From Klebsormidium nitens (Eukaryota; Plantae; Klebsormidiophyceae): a stretch of DNA of 64,000 nucleotides. The stretch's first letter is position 1, and each line of letters opens with the position of its first letter. The stretch lies in assembly GCA_000708835.1 (NCBI GenBank), contig DF237236.1, forward strand, positions 47,231 through 111,230, given 5' to 3'. A model generated the notes under the pieces. The model was given only the letters and a program-made list of their open reading frames with translations. It did no database searches and was not told the DNA's origin. The translations under genes and the position numbers were made by a program. Below are positions 12,501 to 25,069 of this stretch, piece after piece.

Positions 12501-15500
12501 TTGAGCCACTGCGGGGAGGAAAAAAGCCGGTTAGCCTCTGATTTGGGGGATTTGAGGGCGGTGCGTTGGACGGATGTTTAGTCAGCCGCTGCGAAGAAGC
12601 AGATTAGCAGGATCCGGGAGGGCTTAGCGAGCAAACCAGGAAAATCGGCGAGAAATATAAGCGAAAACATGCTTTCCTACTTTGCTTCAGGAAAGTCAAC
12701 ATCTGTTACCGCTGAGTGGGGTCAAATCCCGGACAGATCCCCCCTGGAAGGAAAGGGCAACTTTGACTACTTTGGAAACCTAAGGTACAGACCGCTTCGT
12801 TTGGAAGGGGGCTCCGAGAGGCCAAAATATTTCCCGCACACTAGAGGCATGTGTTGCCGGCTTCAAGTCGGGAAGGTCGTTCGATCTCAATCTGGGCATC
12901 GCCCCCGTCACTGAACCTGGTATTGAGCCTCCCGTAAGACTTGGCGCAATTAACCCAGAAGAAAAGCAAACGACCACCTGGTTATGTCGTGAACCAGATC
13001 TCCTCGGCCCTTCGACCTCAAATGGACAAATATGGCCCCTCAACCCGTGTTTGTCGCGGTCCTCCCATGCTTAGTGCCGGACGATTCTGAAACCAATTTT
13101 GAAACCTACAACCTGCAACCTACAAAGTACACGATCCTGGGCGTTCTGGACGTGTTCCAAAGATTCTAGATAGCCCACTGTCAATTGCGGAGGTTGGTCG
13201 GACCCGAATCAGTTTGGAAAATAGCGGACGCTTTGAATGAAAAGACAATTCCCCTCACCCGGCAGTGATGATCGAAATGGTCGACGCACTTGTCGCACGC
13301 GCGGCAGTGCTTGCTCGTCTTGCGCACCGCCACGCAGCAGATCGTACAGAACAGTTTCTCTTCCACCGATCCGTTCCGCTCGTCTCCATTCCCTTCCGCT
13401 TCCTTGCAGCTCCAGGCGGAAGCCCGCGTCTCCGGTTTCTTCCATCCGACTTTGCCCTTCTCTAGATCGACCGGTTCTGATGTGACTGTCTGCGAAGCCC
13501 TTGCCTTGCCGCCCAACAGTGCGGCCTGTCCAGAAAACGGAAGTTGAGAGCTCACTTCGATGCTTTTTTCCGCGATGATACTCGAAGGTTTCCTCTTCGG
13601 CTGAAGGGTATCTTCATGTGACGAGCTCGTGCTTAAAGCTGGTAAAAGGTCTTACCTAATCTGATGCACTTTTTCCTGAACGTCATGAGTGAGATGTTTA
13701 CGAAATCCTCAGCAACTTTCTATGGGACAGTTTCGGCCCTGGTGTCTCTTGGCTTCCCCAGACTGTCACGGGTGCCCCGTCATTCTTGTCCGGCTTGAAA
13801 GACACCTTTTGTTCTTAAGAGGAATCATCTCACTTGAGAATAGGGATATATGTAGAGGTGCGAAGTGCCTGCGATTCGACCAATCCTTGCCGAGTCCGAA
13901 TGCAGAAGTATGCTCTAGATTTCTGGCATCAACCAACCACGCCAGCAACATCCGACTGGGCTCATTACCTTGGCACGTGAGCAGCACAAGGAGCCCGCGA
14001 CAAGCCCCGTACCCCCCCGAGGGCTCAAGGACGCTTCCACTAGTTGCAGCTGTGCCTTGGCCGCCGCCTCCGCCAGAATGGCAGGATCGGCGGGGTTACA
14101 TAACGCGCCGTACAGCCAAAGGCCTGAAACCAGAACCGCCTGGGGAAGGCGAGATGCGGAATTAGCAGAAAGATCGAGGTCGACGACGATGTCTAGAGAA
14201 TGGAGAGAGTTCTCATGTTGCGCTGCATGGTCCTAGCTGTTTAGCGGTTGGTCGAGGCTGTCATGAATGTGATGTCTACAGGGTGGGGAGTGTTCTTGAA
14301 TGCGTTCAACAATTCGAGCTGTTTACCAAGTGTTCTTGGAGCAGAAAAATGCAATAATACCCAGGCAAAACTCCGTGGTTCTCAATCCACTGGCTTGATT
14401 GGGAGGCTCGGTGGGTAATTTGTTGGGCAATTGGACAGAGGTGCAGGATTTGAAAAAGCAATTAAAGGCTGTGCAGATGGCAAGGCTAAAAATGGTTCAG
14501 CAGTGGTTGGAATCAGTCACTGCCAAAGGGCTGCTCGATATTGAACGTGTATTTCACGCAACCAGTTTCGAGAACGAGGGAACCGGCTCCGGAGAGGTGA
14601 GATGGTAAGAGGCCAGTTTTAAGCACGGCTGCTGGTTCCAACTTTGTGCCAGATTGCCTGCCCCCGGAAATGCTTTTCCAAGAGTTTATCTGCGAGCTCT
14701 TCAGGGTCTGCGCCGACTCACCAGCAGGGAGTAGCAGGCTATGCCGGCAATTTGCAGCGGGCGGGGCTCCAAAAATGGGGCAATGAAAGCAAAGAACCCA
14801 GCCACTAGTGCCAGGAACACTACGACCGCCAACACCTGCGTCAACACGCTTAATACACGATTAGCAGTCATTTGCTGATGACCTTTGGAGCATTTGAAGT
14901 GCTTTCTAGACTATCTTCTCAGGACACGTGTCGAGCGGCTTGGTAAAGTGCCATGGGGTAAACCTTCCGACTTGACTTGTGGCTGCGAGAGAGCAAAAAT
15001 GGACGGAGAGAGCTGCCACAAGGGAACCACCATTCAAAAGTGGTCCCAGTTTTGTCGAGGCGACAAACAAGCTTGATTACCAATTACCGTCTCTGATTTC
15101 GTGATTTGCTTTTCAGAGACCTGCTTGCCACGGATAAAATCATCCAGCACCGTCTAGATACATCCTACTTCTCCATATAACCCCAACAAAGTCTGTTTGC
15201 AGGACGCTGCCTTATTCAAGTAACCCGAACAATCTCCTACCAAGTATGTTTACCATCACGTTAAGGGGAGCCTGCCAATTTCAGGAGCCTCCATTAAGGA
15301 CACTCTTTAAGGACGTACTCACTTACAGAAACGAGATAGGTTAACCAAAGACCAAAAGATAGAAGGGCTTGGTGTCCCATCGATTGAAGAGCTTAAAACA
15401 CGCGCCCACACAAGCAAGTCTGGCAAATCTTCACAATACTACCAGAAAAGAGGATTACCTGAAAAGTGGTGATGGGACGGCTGAATCCGTTCGTCCTAGC

Positions 15501-15503
15501 CAT
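9506..15503 (-). CDS. DHHC protein S-acyltransferase (plant PAT19-22-like clade) with long S/R/P-rich tail, 8 exons, ~745 aa
   Basis: Exons (minus): 15503-15459, 14835-14722, 14139-13969, 13525-13259, 12508-12308, 11753-11505, 11113-10905, 10487-9506; 2238 nt in frame. N-terminus [20 protein letters not shown] motif, DHHC domain [69 protein letters not shown]. The 3' end of the tail is less certain (possible extra donor near 9555). Confidence 0.92.
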
Positions 15504-16270
15504 TGTTTGAGGTAAGTTCGATGCCCCCTCTCAAGATATGTGGCAAGGCCGAGCCTTGGGCCAACTAAGCTCCCGTCACATGTTTGCCGCTTGTGGCAAG
15601 GACCTTTTTGAATTGCGCCAGTGCCCCCTCATTTCCGAAGTCTTCTGGAACGATTTCTACATAAGAAGACGTATGCGAGTTACAATGAAGTTTCCGACCT
15701 GAATGTTGCTTGATAGACCAGCTCTAGTGCCCTAGTATCAGATGACCGTGTTGCTCTTCTGACGGTCATGGACCTTGCCAGTGGTAATGCATGATCAAAC
15801 AACTCACAATGTTCTATTGATTCATTGACTGAGCTACTCGTCCTGTGTCGTAAAGCCTGCTGTATCGTACAATGATGCGTCTGTCCCTGCACCGTTTTGC
15901 TAGTCATGTAAAGCGTTCTGCTCTTACGATACAAGTTCCGCTCAATCAAGAATGAGCTGCAGAGAGCTCGGAGCAGAGCCAGCCCTCTGGAAACATCAGT
16001 GAGAGCTGATTGACGGCATAATTCAAACACTGGCAGCTATTCTGAGCTCTAGACGAGCTTGATCATACCTAGCTACCACTTGAGTTGTTATTGCAATGAA
16101 GGTCCGCAATCTTGTTGGCTGAATATATGCTTTCAATTGCTGATGTCAGGTAAGCATCATCATAAGGCCCCCCTGACGCCGGCGCCATGCGCGCCAGCGC
16201 TAGCCTGGCCGCCTACCGCTCAGCAGGCTGTGCAAACCTCAAAGATAAGTAGATGACTAGGACGGATACC

Positions 16271-16396
16271 GTACGTCGGCCATACTGGCAGTGGTAGGTA
16301 TAAGTACGGTGTACTTAGCAGGGTGAAGGTACCTGACCTTGGTTTTGCCAAGGCTGTACTATCTAGGTACAACAAGCAAGAGAGCCTATTACGTAC
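16271..16396. promoter_or_regulatory. Dense GTAC cluster in the divergent promoter region of the PAT and SET genes
   Basis: Seven GTAC tetramers counted (16271, 16304, 16311, 16329, 16356, 16367, 16393) in about 126 nt. Regulatory function is not shown. Confidence 0.4.
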
Positions 16397-16641
16397 CTAC
16401 TGTTTACCTAAGTGTAACAGGTGTAACTGTTCTGATGTGAGCTGGGAGGGAACTTAATTATATTATGAAGAGGCTGCAATCGATCGTGGCCGAGTGGCAA
16501 CTTCCAACAGCTTCGATCAGCTCGCGCGCGACATCTTTGAGGCTCATGGCACGGTCGATCCACGTCGATCAACGGTCAACGTTCCTTCACCAACTTGAGC
16601 TGGATTCTGCAGGGCCGCCGGCAGGGCGGCCCCGGCCCTGC

Positions 16642-19600
16642 ATGGCTGGCTTTTCCGAAGCCCCTGTGAACCTGAGGGCAATGCAAACCTCAAGAATTAT
16701 GGCTTCCCCTTCCGGAGCGGCCGCTTGCAGGCTAAGAGAGCGTAGCAGCTTGAGTCTGACAAGCAAGCTCTCTCCAGCTCGTTCCCATTCTGCTTCCTTC
16801 CCTAATGCTCCGCGCACTCCTGCCGCTTTCAGACGCTCAAAAGACTTTGGCAACTTTCAGACATGCCATGCCTGCGTCGTCCGCACTGGGCAAGAACAAC
16901 CAATCAAGCAGTCAAAAAACGGCACCTACCGAGTCCTCTTAAGCCCCCTCAAAAGAACTCCCTTCTCCAAACCTCTACCGCATGAATCTGCGAAAACCTT
17001 ACGGAAATGCACCACCAGAAGGACTCCCACAATTCTGGCAGCATCCAAGCAGGCCGCCAAGACTTCCTTTGTTAGTTGGTCCGGGTCGCAGTCTGCAGAT
17101 TTAAGGGGGTTAGAACAGTGGCTTCAGAAGGCGGGATTGCCCCCCCAGAAAGTTGTGATTGAGGAAGTGGGAGAGGGCCAGGGGCGGGGTCTGGTGGCAG
17201 TGCAGGGCCTCAGAAAAGGGGACACCGTTCTGACAGTGCCAAGCAGTTTTTTATTCACCGCGGATAAGGTGAGCGGCACAGACTTAGCTGCACGAGTGAA
17301 TCTGTTTTGTTGAATCTGCTTCAGGTTCGCTTCAGAGAGTAAGTGGCAGCATTCAAATCGACGCAATGCTGGAGGTGTCTCGACCTCTAATGGTCTGCGA
17401 CTTAGACGTCTTAGAATCTAAAATCAAGCAAATGTTGGAAGAATGTTTTTGTCTGCAGAGACACATCACCACTTAGAAACGCCTGCCCGTCGAACTTTTG
17501 GTTTTCCCTATATTGCTGATAGAAGATTGGTGGCAGCTTCATCGGCTGCCCCAAAGAGTGAGGGCATCGTAGGGCGGGACGTGCTATGATAGCCACCACA
17601 GCACAATGAGCCAGTGTTGCTTTGGAATGCTTTACCCCTCTGGACATCAGCTGCCAAATTTCCTATCATCTGTAGCTACTTTAAACACGCAAGCGTCTCA
17701 GCCCTCAGCCATTCAGTCCCAAAGAGGCACACACAATTGACCTCAACATATGTCTCTGTCCTTTTGTTTAAGTTTTACAAAAGCATGCCTCTGCATCTTC
17801 TGAAATGCCCCATGCTAGTTGTCTCCAGGCATATGAGACGCCAGACTTGGGGCCCCTGCTCCATGCGGCCAACGTTCCTGACTGGCCGGCACTCGCCATC
17901 TTCCTGCTGTATGAAAAGTCAAAGGGGCCCTCCTCAGACTGGGCCGCATACATCGCCGCACTTCCCAGGCAGACCGGTTGCGTACTGGAATGGTGAGTGT
18001 GCCATGCTTTCAAAGCCTCGCACATTCCAACTTTTCCAATCATCCTTGTTTCTGAAATCACCTACTTGAAGAGAATTGTCTCGCAAATGAGGGTACTTCT
18101 TGGGGCAGCAGTTCTTTCAAAGCACCTATCAAGTATCTAGTATATTCTACTATCCATCGTAGTCGGCTTCAGTTCCTTTCTGCGCTTTTACACTTTATGG
18201 TGCGCCCATCTCTGAGACAATGCAACAAGGTTGCGGCCCCCTCGCTTTCTGTCAGGTTATCAAGCAACGCTCCAAGGGGCGCTCGAGAGGGTATCCCCTG
18301 TGCTGAATCAGGACGTCTTCTGACGCCAAATTGATTTTCCTCTGACTGCTTATGCCTTTAGCGAAGACTGTTGCAGGTTGCTTCCAACCTTTCGTTGACT
18401 CGCCTGCAATGTGTTTGTGGTACATGCCGCTGCTACATGAGCGACAGAGGGCGACCGCTGTCTGGTTCGATGGTACCAACCTTCTGGCCCAGAGCTTACG
18501 TCGACCAAACATTCTTTTGCTTTGATGGGGCAATCAGATGTTTAAACAAACATACCATTGCATGAGCCACTTCTCTCCATTTTCACAACATTCATTTGCA
18601 ACTAAGCGAATTCAGAATGTGCTCAACATTCTCTTTGTTGGCAGGCCAGAGGGGCAGGTCGCCAATTTCCTGGCAGGGTCGCCCCTGCAGGCGAAAGCGC
18701 GGCTGTGCGTACGCGACGTCGAGGAGTCTTTCCGAGACCTGAGCGAGGTTCTCTTCAGTCAGCACCCGAAGGTATTCCCACCGAAGGTGTTCACACCTAA
18801 CAACTTCAAGTGGGCGTTCAGCATCCTCTTCTCACGCCTGGTGAGTGTGAATCGGGGCATTTGCTTCAGAAGCAATTGAAGTAATGGTTGAAGTCCTTGG
18901 CCTCCTGATTATGGTTGAAAGTGCTTTTGAGCAGAATCCGTTCTGCATCATAACCCCTCCCTCAGAGGCGAAAGGGCCTTCCATTCGTTCATAGGTCAGA
19001 AAGAATCCAGTTAATCATGGACAAGCAGGGGACTCCGTCTGTCTCTTGACATGGCTCGCTCTCCTACAGTGAGATGGCCTGACGATAGCAGGAATGCCCA
19101 TCACTCGACTGTGCAATGACTGAGGGGCAATCGTTGTTCGTTGATTCCAATGTTCTTTTATTACGTCGTCTTGCAGCAGAGACGCAACGAGAAAGTCAAT
19201 CTCTGGTCACGAACTATCTTGAATCACAAACTATTCTGAATCCGCTTACGAGTCCTTTTGCTTCCGGTCACAGAACTCTTTTATCCAGAAAGCTTGCTGG
19301 ATCGCTGGCCTTTGCAGACTGCAAGCTCGCCCTTCGCTTGTTGTCACTCCGCTCCACCTTTGACACTTATCTTACCAGCTCTTCCCAAAGTTTGGCTCAA
19401 GAAAGCCAGGCCTTTCTGACGCCTTTGGGCGGGTAGCCGTATGCCCCTTTTGAGATTGCCCCTTCTGACAATGTGAGAGATATGCAGCGACTGCTCTCCT
19501 AGTGCTCTCCTGTTGCTTGCATTGCTTTACTTTCGTTTGCGTTTTTCTTCAACTCGATTTACTATATTCTTATATGTTCTTCGTTTTTATTTCTGTGTCA

Positions 19601-22441
19601 GGTGCGTTTGCCGTCCCTGGGCGATGCCGTCTCCCTCGCGCCGTTTGCCGACATGGCCAATCACAGCGTGGATGCGACCACGTTCTTCGAGTTCGATGCG
19701 CGAGCAGGCGCGGTCGTTCTGAAAGCGGACAGGAACTATGAGAAGGGCCAGCAGGTGGGGCGGCTTTATCAAGGTTCTTGTTTCCGTTTAACTCAGGGCA
19801 ATATGGGTTGATGCAAGTATTGTCCCCTTTCATGTTAAGCCAGTGCAATGATTGCTGATTTAGTATTTTCCCCTTTCATGTTAACTCAGGGCAATACTTG
19901 TTGATGTAAGTATTGTCCCCTTTCATGTTAACCCAGGGCGATGTTCAGTAATGAAAACCGTCCGGGATTGGGTAGAGTTGTTTTGGTTGTTCAGGGTGCA
20001 ACGCATGTCAACTGCTGGTTTGGATTCTTATTCGTGCCCCCGAGAGTTATCCCCTAAAGACGTGCCCGTATTCACCTGATATCAAGAAGTATTCGCTTTT
20101 TCACCTTCTGTCGGGTAAGCTTCATGGTCAACTTTTCAAATGGTCCACACGTGGGCGCGGCTTGTCTTAGGCGGACGGTATCCGTCTTTCCTCCTCTCAG
20201 ATTTGCGAAGTGTTCGGACTCTCCCTAGGTTGGAGACTGCCGGCACAAAAGCGTCCGCGTTTCAAAATCAGGCTGGCACAAAGAGCGCGGTCAATTTCTA
20301 CTTTCATGTTACTAGCACGCTGGTTCTGCTCAATCCTCTGGTTTTGGTATGGGCCAAAGTACACTTCCGAACAACCTGTTCTGCGTTTTTGGCGGTTTAA
20401 GGTCCTTTGTCGCTCTTATTTTCAGAGTCAAGATCCTTGCAAGGGAGACTTTGCGGTCACTCGTTCAAGCTGGAGGTGACAGGAACGAGGTGAAGCTGCG
20501 CAGGCGACGTTTGAAGGAAAATTCTTGAAGCCCCTGGCACTGAGATCCAAACGCGCAAGGAAAGCACCGTATGTTTCTGTCACACCTAAAAAGCTTGCTG
20601 ACCTATTTCGATCTTTCTCCCTCTCCCAACAGGTATTCGTTTCTTACGGCCCCCGTTCGAGCGGCGACCTACTTCTCTCTTACGGCTTTGTTCCCAAGCT
20701 CGACACCAACCCGCACGAAAGCGTTGACCTCCCCTTCGACCCCTCCCCAAGCACCAGCCAAAACTCCCCCCCGGCGGAAGCCGAGCGGTTCCCGATCCGG
20801 TTAACGGGAATGCCGGAGCAGCTGTGGGACGCCGCCCGGCAAAAAGCTCAAGAGGTTTCGGCGGGCGACGAAGGCTCGCAGGGAAGTCTAGAGCTTTCGA
20901 CCCGGGAGCTGTTGCTGGAGGCGGTTCAGCGGGTGTTGAAAGGATACAAGAAGTCGCTGGAGGTGGGTCGGTGTGAACACTTTCCGCGCATGATGAAAGG
21001 GTGGTCTTCATTACCGCGTCGATGGGTCTGATAGCAGAGAACAGCTTTTGCCTCTTCATTACAGTCTCTTGTTCCCAATGCGCTGCATGTGCGCATGCGT
21101 TGGATACGCGAGACGCGAGCTTTCCCTTTCGCTTTCGGCTTCAAGCTTGCTGGAATCGTAGCCTGCATCCAGCTTGCAGAGAAGTCTTGGTACTTGAATG
21201 AGAGTTGCACTTTCCGGCGCGGCCCCTTGTGGGTCTCAGGTCTGTAAAGCTGGGTGCCATCGTTGGCCTTGGTGCAAACCCGGACGAAAGGCAAGGGTAG
21301 AGCAACCGAAAGGAATTGAGCGTTGGAAAGACATGGACCAGGACGTAGGTACACCGACAGCTGTTTCCTGCGCGCATCATGAGATTGCTGGCCGTATGCT
21401 TTTCATTCACGAGAAACATTTCTTTTCGCAGTAGGGAGTCGATAGGGATGCAGCGGCAGCCCCACGCAAACCTGCAAGGTCCAGCACTTGCACAACCCCG
21501 AATTGTTTGATCAGATTTGACGACTTTGGAAGTAAAGTCAGTCAGACCCTTCAGTCTGCGTTTTCTGACAGGACGACGAGGCTTTGGCGGAAGCGCCGAC
21601 GTCCGACGACTCTCTGAACGCAGTGTCCCTGACCCAAAGGGAGATTGCGGCGGCGACAGTGCGCGTGATCGAGCGGCGGGTCCTCTACCGGACGGAAGCG
21701 GTGAGTGCCACCCAAAGTTTTCGGCGAGCACTTTTTCCTTTGCGAGTTTGACTAAGTTTTTCTAGAATGCAAAGTGTACCAAAGTTCTCTTGTGGTCAGT
21801 CTACGTTCTTCGAATGGGCAGGCAGCAAAAGGAATGCAGTGTCCACGATCGAGTGACCAAAGTAGGGCTACTGAGAACGGTGTATAGATTCTCGCACGTA
21901 ACAAGGGGGCGTATGGCTTCCTGCTTATCTTTCAATCCAAGGACGGTATTATGCGCAAGGGTTCGAATGATTGATTGGGTACAAGAAGCCGTGAAGTCAG
22001 ATGGGCGAACAAGGGAACCGTTAGCTTGTTCGAGCGCTTGTTTGGCTGCTCTTGTCCAAGAATCAGACGGGAGATTAAGCCAAGCAGGTTTTACTTGCTC
22101 AGTTCTGGGGCACGATCAAGTGGGTTAGTATCGAGCGTTCCAAGTGCTTTTGTATCAGTATCTCGCGCCGCTGTTACTTGTACGTTTGACCAAAGCCGGG
22201 CCTCTGTCAAACGCCTTGGTTATTTCGTCGTCTTTTGCTGTACAAAGAATGCAGAATGCAGCTGCTTCAATCAAAGCCAACACGTGTAGCTCACCAAGAC
22301 TCAGTGTTCTGTTCCCCTTTGCAGGTTTTGCGAGGCGAGATCCGATCTTTGAAGCAGAAGCAAGAAACGGGAGGTAACGAAGGTGGACGGGAGCGACAAT
22401 CAAGGGGCTTTTTGTCAAGGATCACAGGTCTCTTCTCGTGA
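16642..22441 (+). CDS. Plastid-targeted SET-domain lysine methyltransferase, Rubisco-LSMT-like family, 7 exons, ~560-570 aa
   Basis: Exons: 16642(or 16681)-17268, 17829-17992, 18645-18840, 19602-19754, 20633-20962, 21572-21700, 22325-22441. S/R-rich transit-like N-terminus; LEQWLQKAGLPPQK..GRGLVA, VPDWPALA, FKWAFSILFSRLVRLPS, PFADMANHS, VFVSYG..LLLSYGF, ERRVLYR. From memory this resembles Arabidopsis At3g07670. Confidence 0.9.
19788..19942 (+). repeat. Intronic minisatellite, ~47-nt unit, about 3.3 copies
   Basis: Unit ttaactcagggcaata...gttgatg(c/t)aagtattgtcccctttcatg repeated in SET-gene intron 4. Confidence 0.85.
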
Positions 22442-24601
22442 CAGTTTTTGGCAACTCCGCAGCTTGTGTGAGCATATACGTATCCCGTCAGTGTCTGTCA
22501 CAGACTTTCTTGCGCTCGTAGCGGCTTGGATGTTTTGTGTGAAAAAGCACGACCGTCAGTTTGTCTGACCTGTAATAGATGGATATAAGTGTCTATGGGG
22601 GAGTCAACAATGTTCGTTGTTGTAGGCTTGAGGTGCTGCCGATAGCCCCGGAAGAAAAGCCATTCCCATCCTCAAGCACCCAGTTGTTCGTTGATAGTGG
22701 AGTATTTCTAAGGCAGTCTGAACAATGCCGTGTACCGTGAGCCAATATAAGCGAGTAGTGACTGCTTTTTCGGATCAGATTACCTCATTTTGCATCCTAA
22801 AGATCAACTTGCCGCACGTTGCGATTGCGGATCAGCACAATTATGCATGCCAGCGGTCCACTTGGGGATGTACATTCTCTCCATTGACTTCTGCTTAAGT
22901 TGCGCGTCCACATACGGGCCGGCGTGGTAGGACGATGTGAAAACTTTGCCACATGAGAGCTGATTGCCCGCAGATAGTAGAAACACAAGTCGATCTCAGC
23001 TGTAAGAGCATGTGCGATCTCAGTGGCCACAATCGTTGATTACAGTCTTTACCCACTAGTGAAGGTCACGCATGCTGTATGCAAGGATCTGATAACACCC
23101 GTCCCAGCAGGCGCGCATGTATGCCAGGGCTATATAAGAGGATGCTGATACATCGATCCAGCCAAATCACGTCCCGCCGCAGTTACACATGCTGCAGGCG
23201 TCGTTCAATGATCTAATTTTGCCGACCTTAACGTACGGACGGTCGGATGATTTTATGGCTGTCTTCAAGAAAATGGGCCCATCTGGAGTGACAAATGCTA
23301 GACTTTTCGGCAGAGGGCTTTGACCGATACGGTCAGCAAATTTGCCCCGCATGAAGTTAAGAAACAATTTGACAAAGTAGACAGACCACTGTCCCACCAG
23401 ATGCTCCATAGTCTGGCAGTATTGTTTGTGGCTTGTGCCTCGTGTTCAAGCAAAAGATCGAGTCAAGCTAGTGGGTGCATATCAGTGATTTTCTTGATGA
23501 GGCCCTGAATGAGTGGCTTATGTCACGTCGATCTGCGCCGACTGCCTCGATACTGGTGCTAACTGCCTAGATATCCAGCGCGCCAATCAGGCGTCGAAAA
23601 TTGAAGACGCACCCGGGCCTCACTCAAAACAGAAGAACCCCTTTCCGCTTTTCTTGAGAAACCCGTCAAAGGATAGTCTCAGGAAAACCTCTTTGCTCTG
23701 TTGGTTTCATCGAACAAGCAGAGAAACCAACGCTCAACCGTTCGAATTTAGAGAAGAGTCAGTTTGTCGTCTTTCCCATCAGATTCTTCCAGATTCTGAC
23801 GTCCCTTCGATTGGAGCGGGCTCACGTCGTGTCGTACGCGAGCAATTGATTTGACGTCTCGACGCCCTCGCACGAGCTGGGAGAGCTCTCGAGAGACCCG
23901 TCCTGCTCAGCGGAGGTTATCGACAACCGGACAAATATCGCGCTTTCCAAAGCTCGATGCTCGCACTTTTCCAAGAAGGGGGATCAAAGAAGGGCGTTCA
24001 GAGTTAGCTAGCTGAAACAAGTGGGCAGCATATTGACGTACGGCATCTCTTTCAGACTAAAGGGCCAGACTTATATGTACCTTATTGCCACCATTCATAA
24101 ACGCAGAAGGTGAGATGACGTGACGTGCTCGGTGAGACGCTCCCTTCCTTGTCCGTGTTTGGAATAGGTAGCGGTCTTTGTTGCTTTATTGCTGGTTGCA
24201 TTGAATGTGCAACTCATCTTGCTTGCGATTCATAGACCAAGCATCGGTGTCCAAAGGTCCTACCACCTGAGAACGAGAAGGCGCGACAAAGACGCCCCTG
24301 CTTGTTCTACTTCAATTGAAGAGCTGCCCGTGGCTCATCGTCACCCTTTGCCTTGCAAGAAGGCCGCTGAATGGAGCAGAGTTTGTTGACGCAATCGCAG
24401 TTAACCATGTTCATCTGGTACTCAGATCTTTCTCAAACTGAGCTTCACCCCGCGTGGTTAAGCACGGCTCCCATCCCAATTCTCCCTGAATCAGAGAATA
24501 ACCCGGAATACTCAGTAGTGGGTTCTTCTTCAAACCTTGCTCAACCACAGCTTAAACAAGCGCAGTTAACAAACTCTCTTTCTCCAGAGATTCCAGCTCC
24601 A

Positions 24602-25069
24602 ATGGTGCTATGGTGCTCGGAGCTCACCAACCGGGCACCCCTGGCCGTCTTCCAACCGCGGCGGGGGGGTCCCCCGGGCGCTCAACTCCTGCTGAAAACG
24701 GTTGCGATCGCCCCCCCGAACGTCAACGCGCTGCTGAGCTCGCAGCACGGGCGACCTTTCGTGGGGGGAACTGTGCTGGGCGAGAGCAGCTTTTTTCTGG
24801 AGGTCTGCCCCCCCGGAAGCGGAAAGTTTTACACGGTGTGTTACCTGGGGGGAACGGAGGTAGGGGTCAGGTTAGACTTGGTTTGTGAACCAGGGACCAA
24901 GTTTCGGCTGGGAGTGCCTAGTGAAAAGTACCGGGGAAAGGGAGGTGAGAGAGTGGAGTTTGCGGTGCATCTGGTAGGAAGCGAGGTCGATTCCCATTGC
25001 CGTGATCGCGATGAGGGAACTGGCTCCGGCGAGCGCTCATACTATAAGAACAACCCCCTATTCGAGTAA
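24602..25069 (+). CDS. Stand-alone nucleoplasmin-like (NPL) domain protein, 155 aa, single coding exon
   Basis: MVLWCSEL..PLAVF / QLLLKTVAIA / FLEV..FYTVCYL / VRLDLV..FRL / AVHLVGSE follows the strand pattern of HD-tuin/FKBP NPL domains (MEFWG..V..HLSQA.L..LGTL..DLVF..VHLSGY). A likely 5'UTR intron (GT 24110, AG 24587) supports ATG 24602 rather than the longer ORF start. Confidence 0.6.
   Translation: MVLWCSELTNRAPLAVFQPRRGGPPGAQLLLKTVAIAPPNVNALLSSQHGRPFVGGTVLGESSFFLEVCPPGSGKFYTVCYLGGTEVGVRLDLVCEPGTKFRLGVPSEKYRGKGGERVEFAVHLVGSEVDSHCRDRDEGTGSGERSYYKNNPLFE

Noticed and set aside
22797-23854. Short ORFs and a TATA-like motif (23128) between the SET and NPL genes
   Set aside because: No recognisable protein motif or coherent exon chain.
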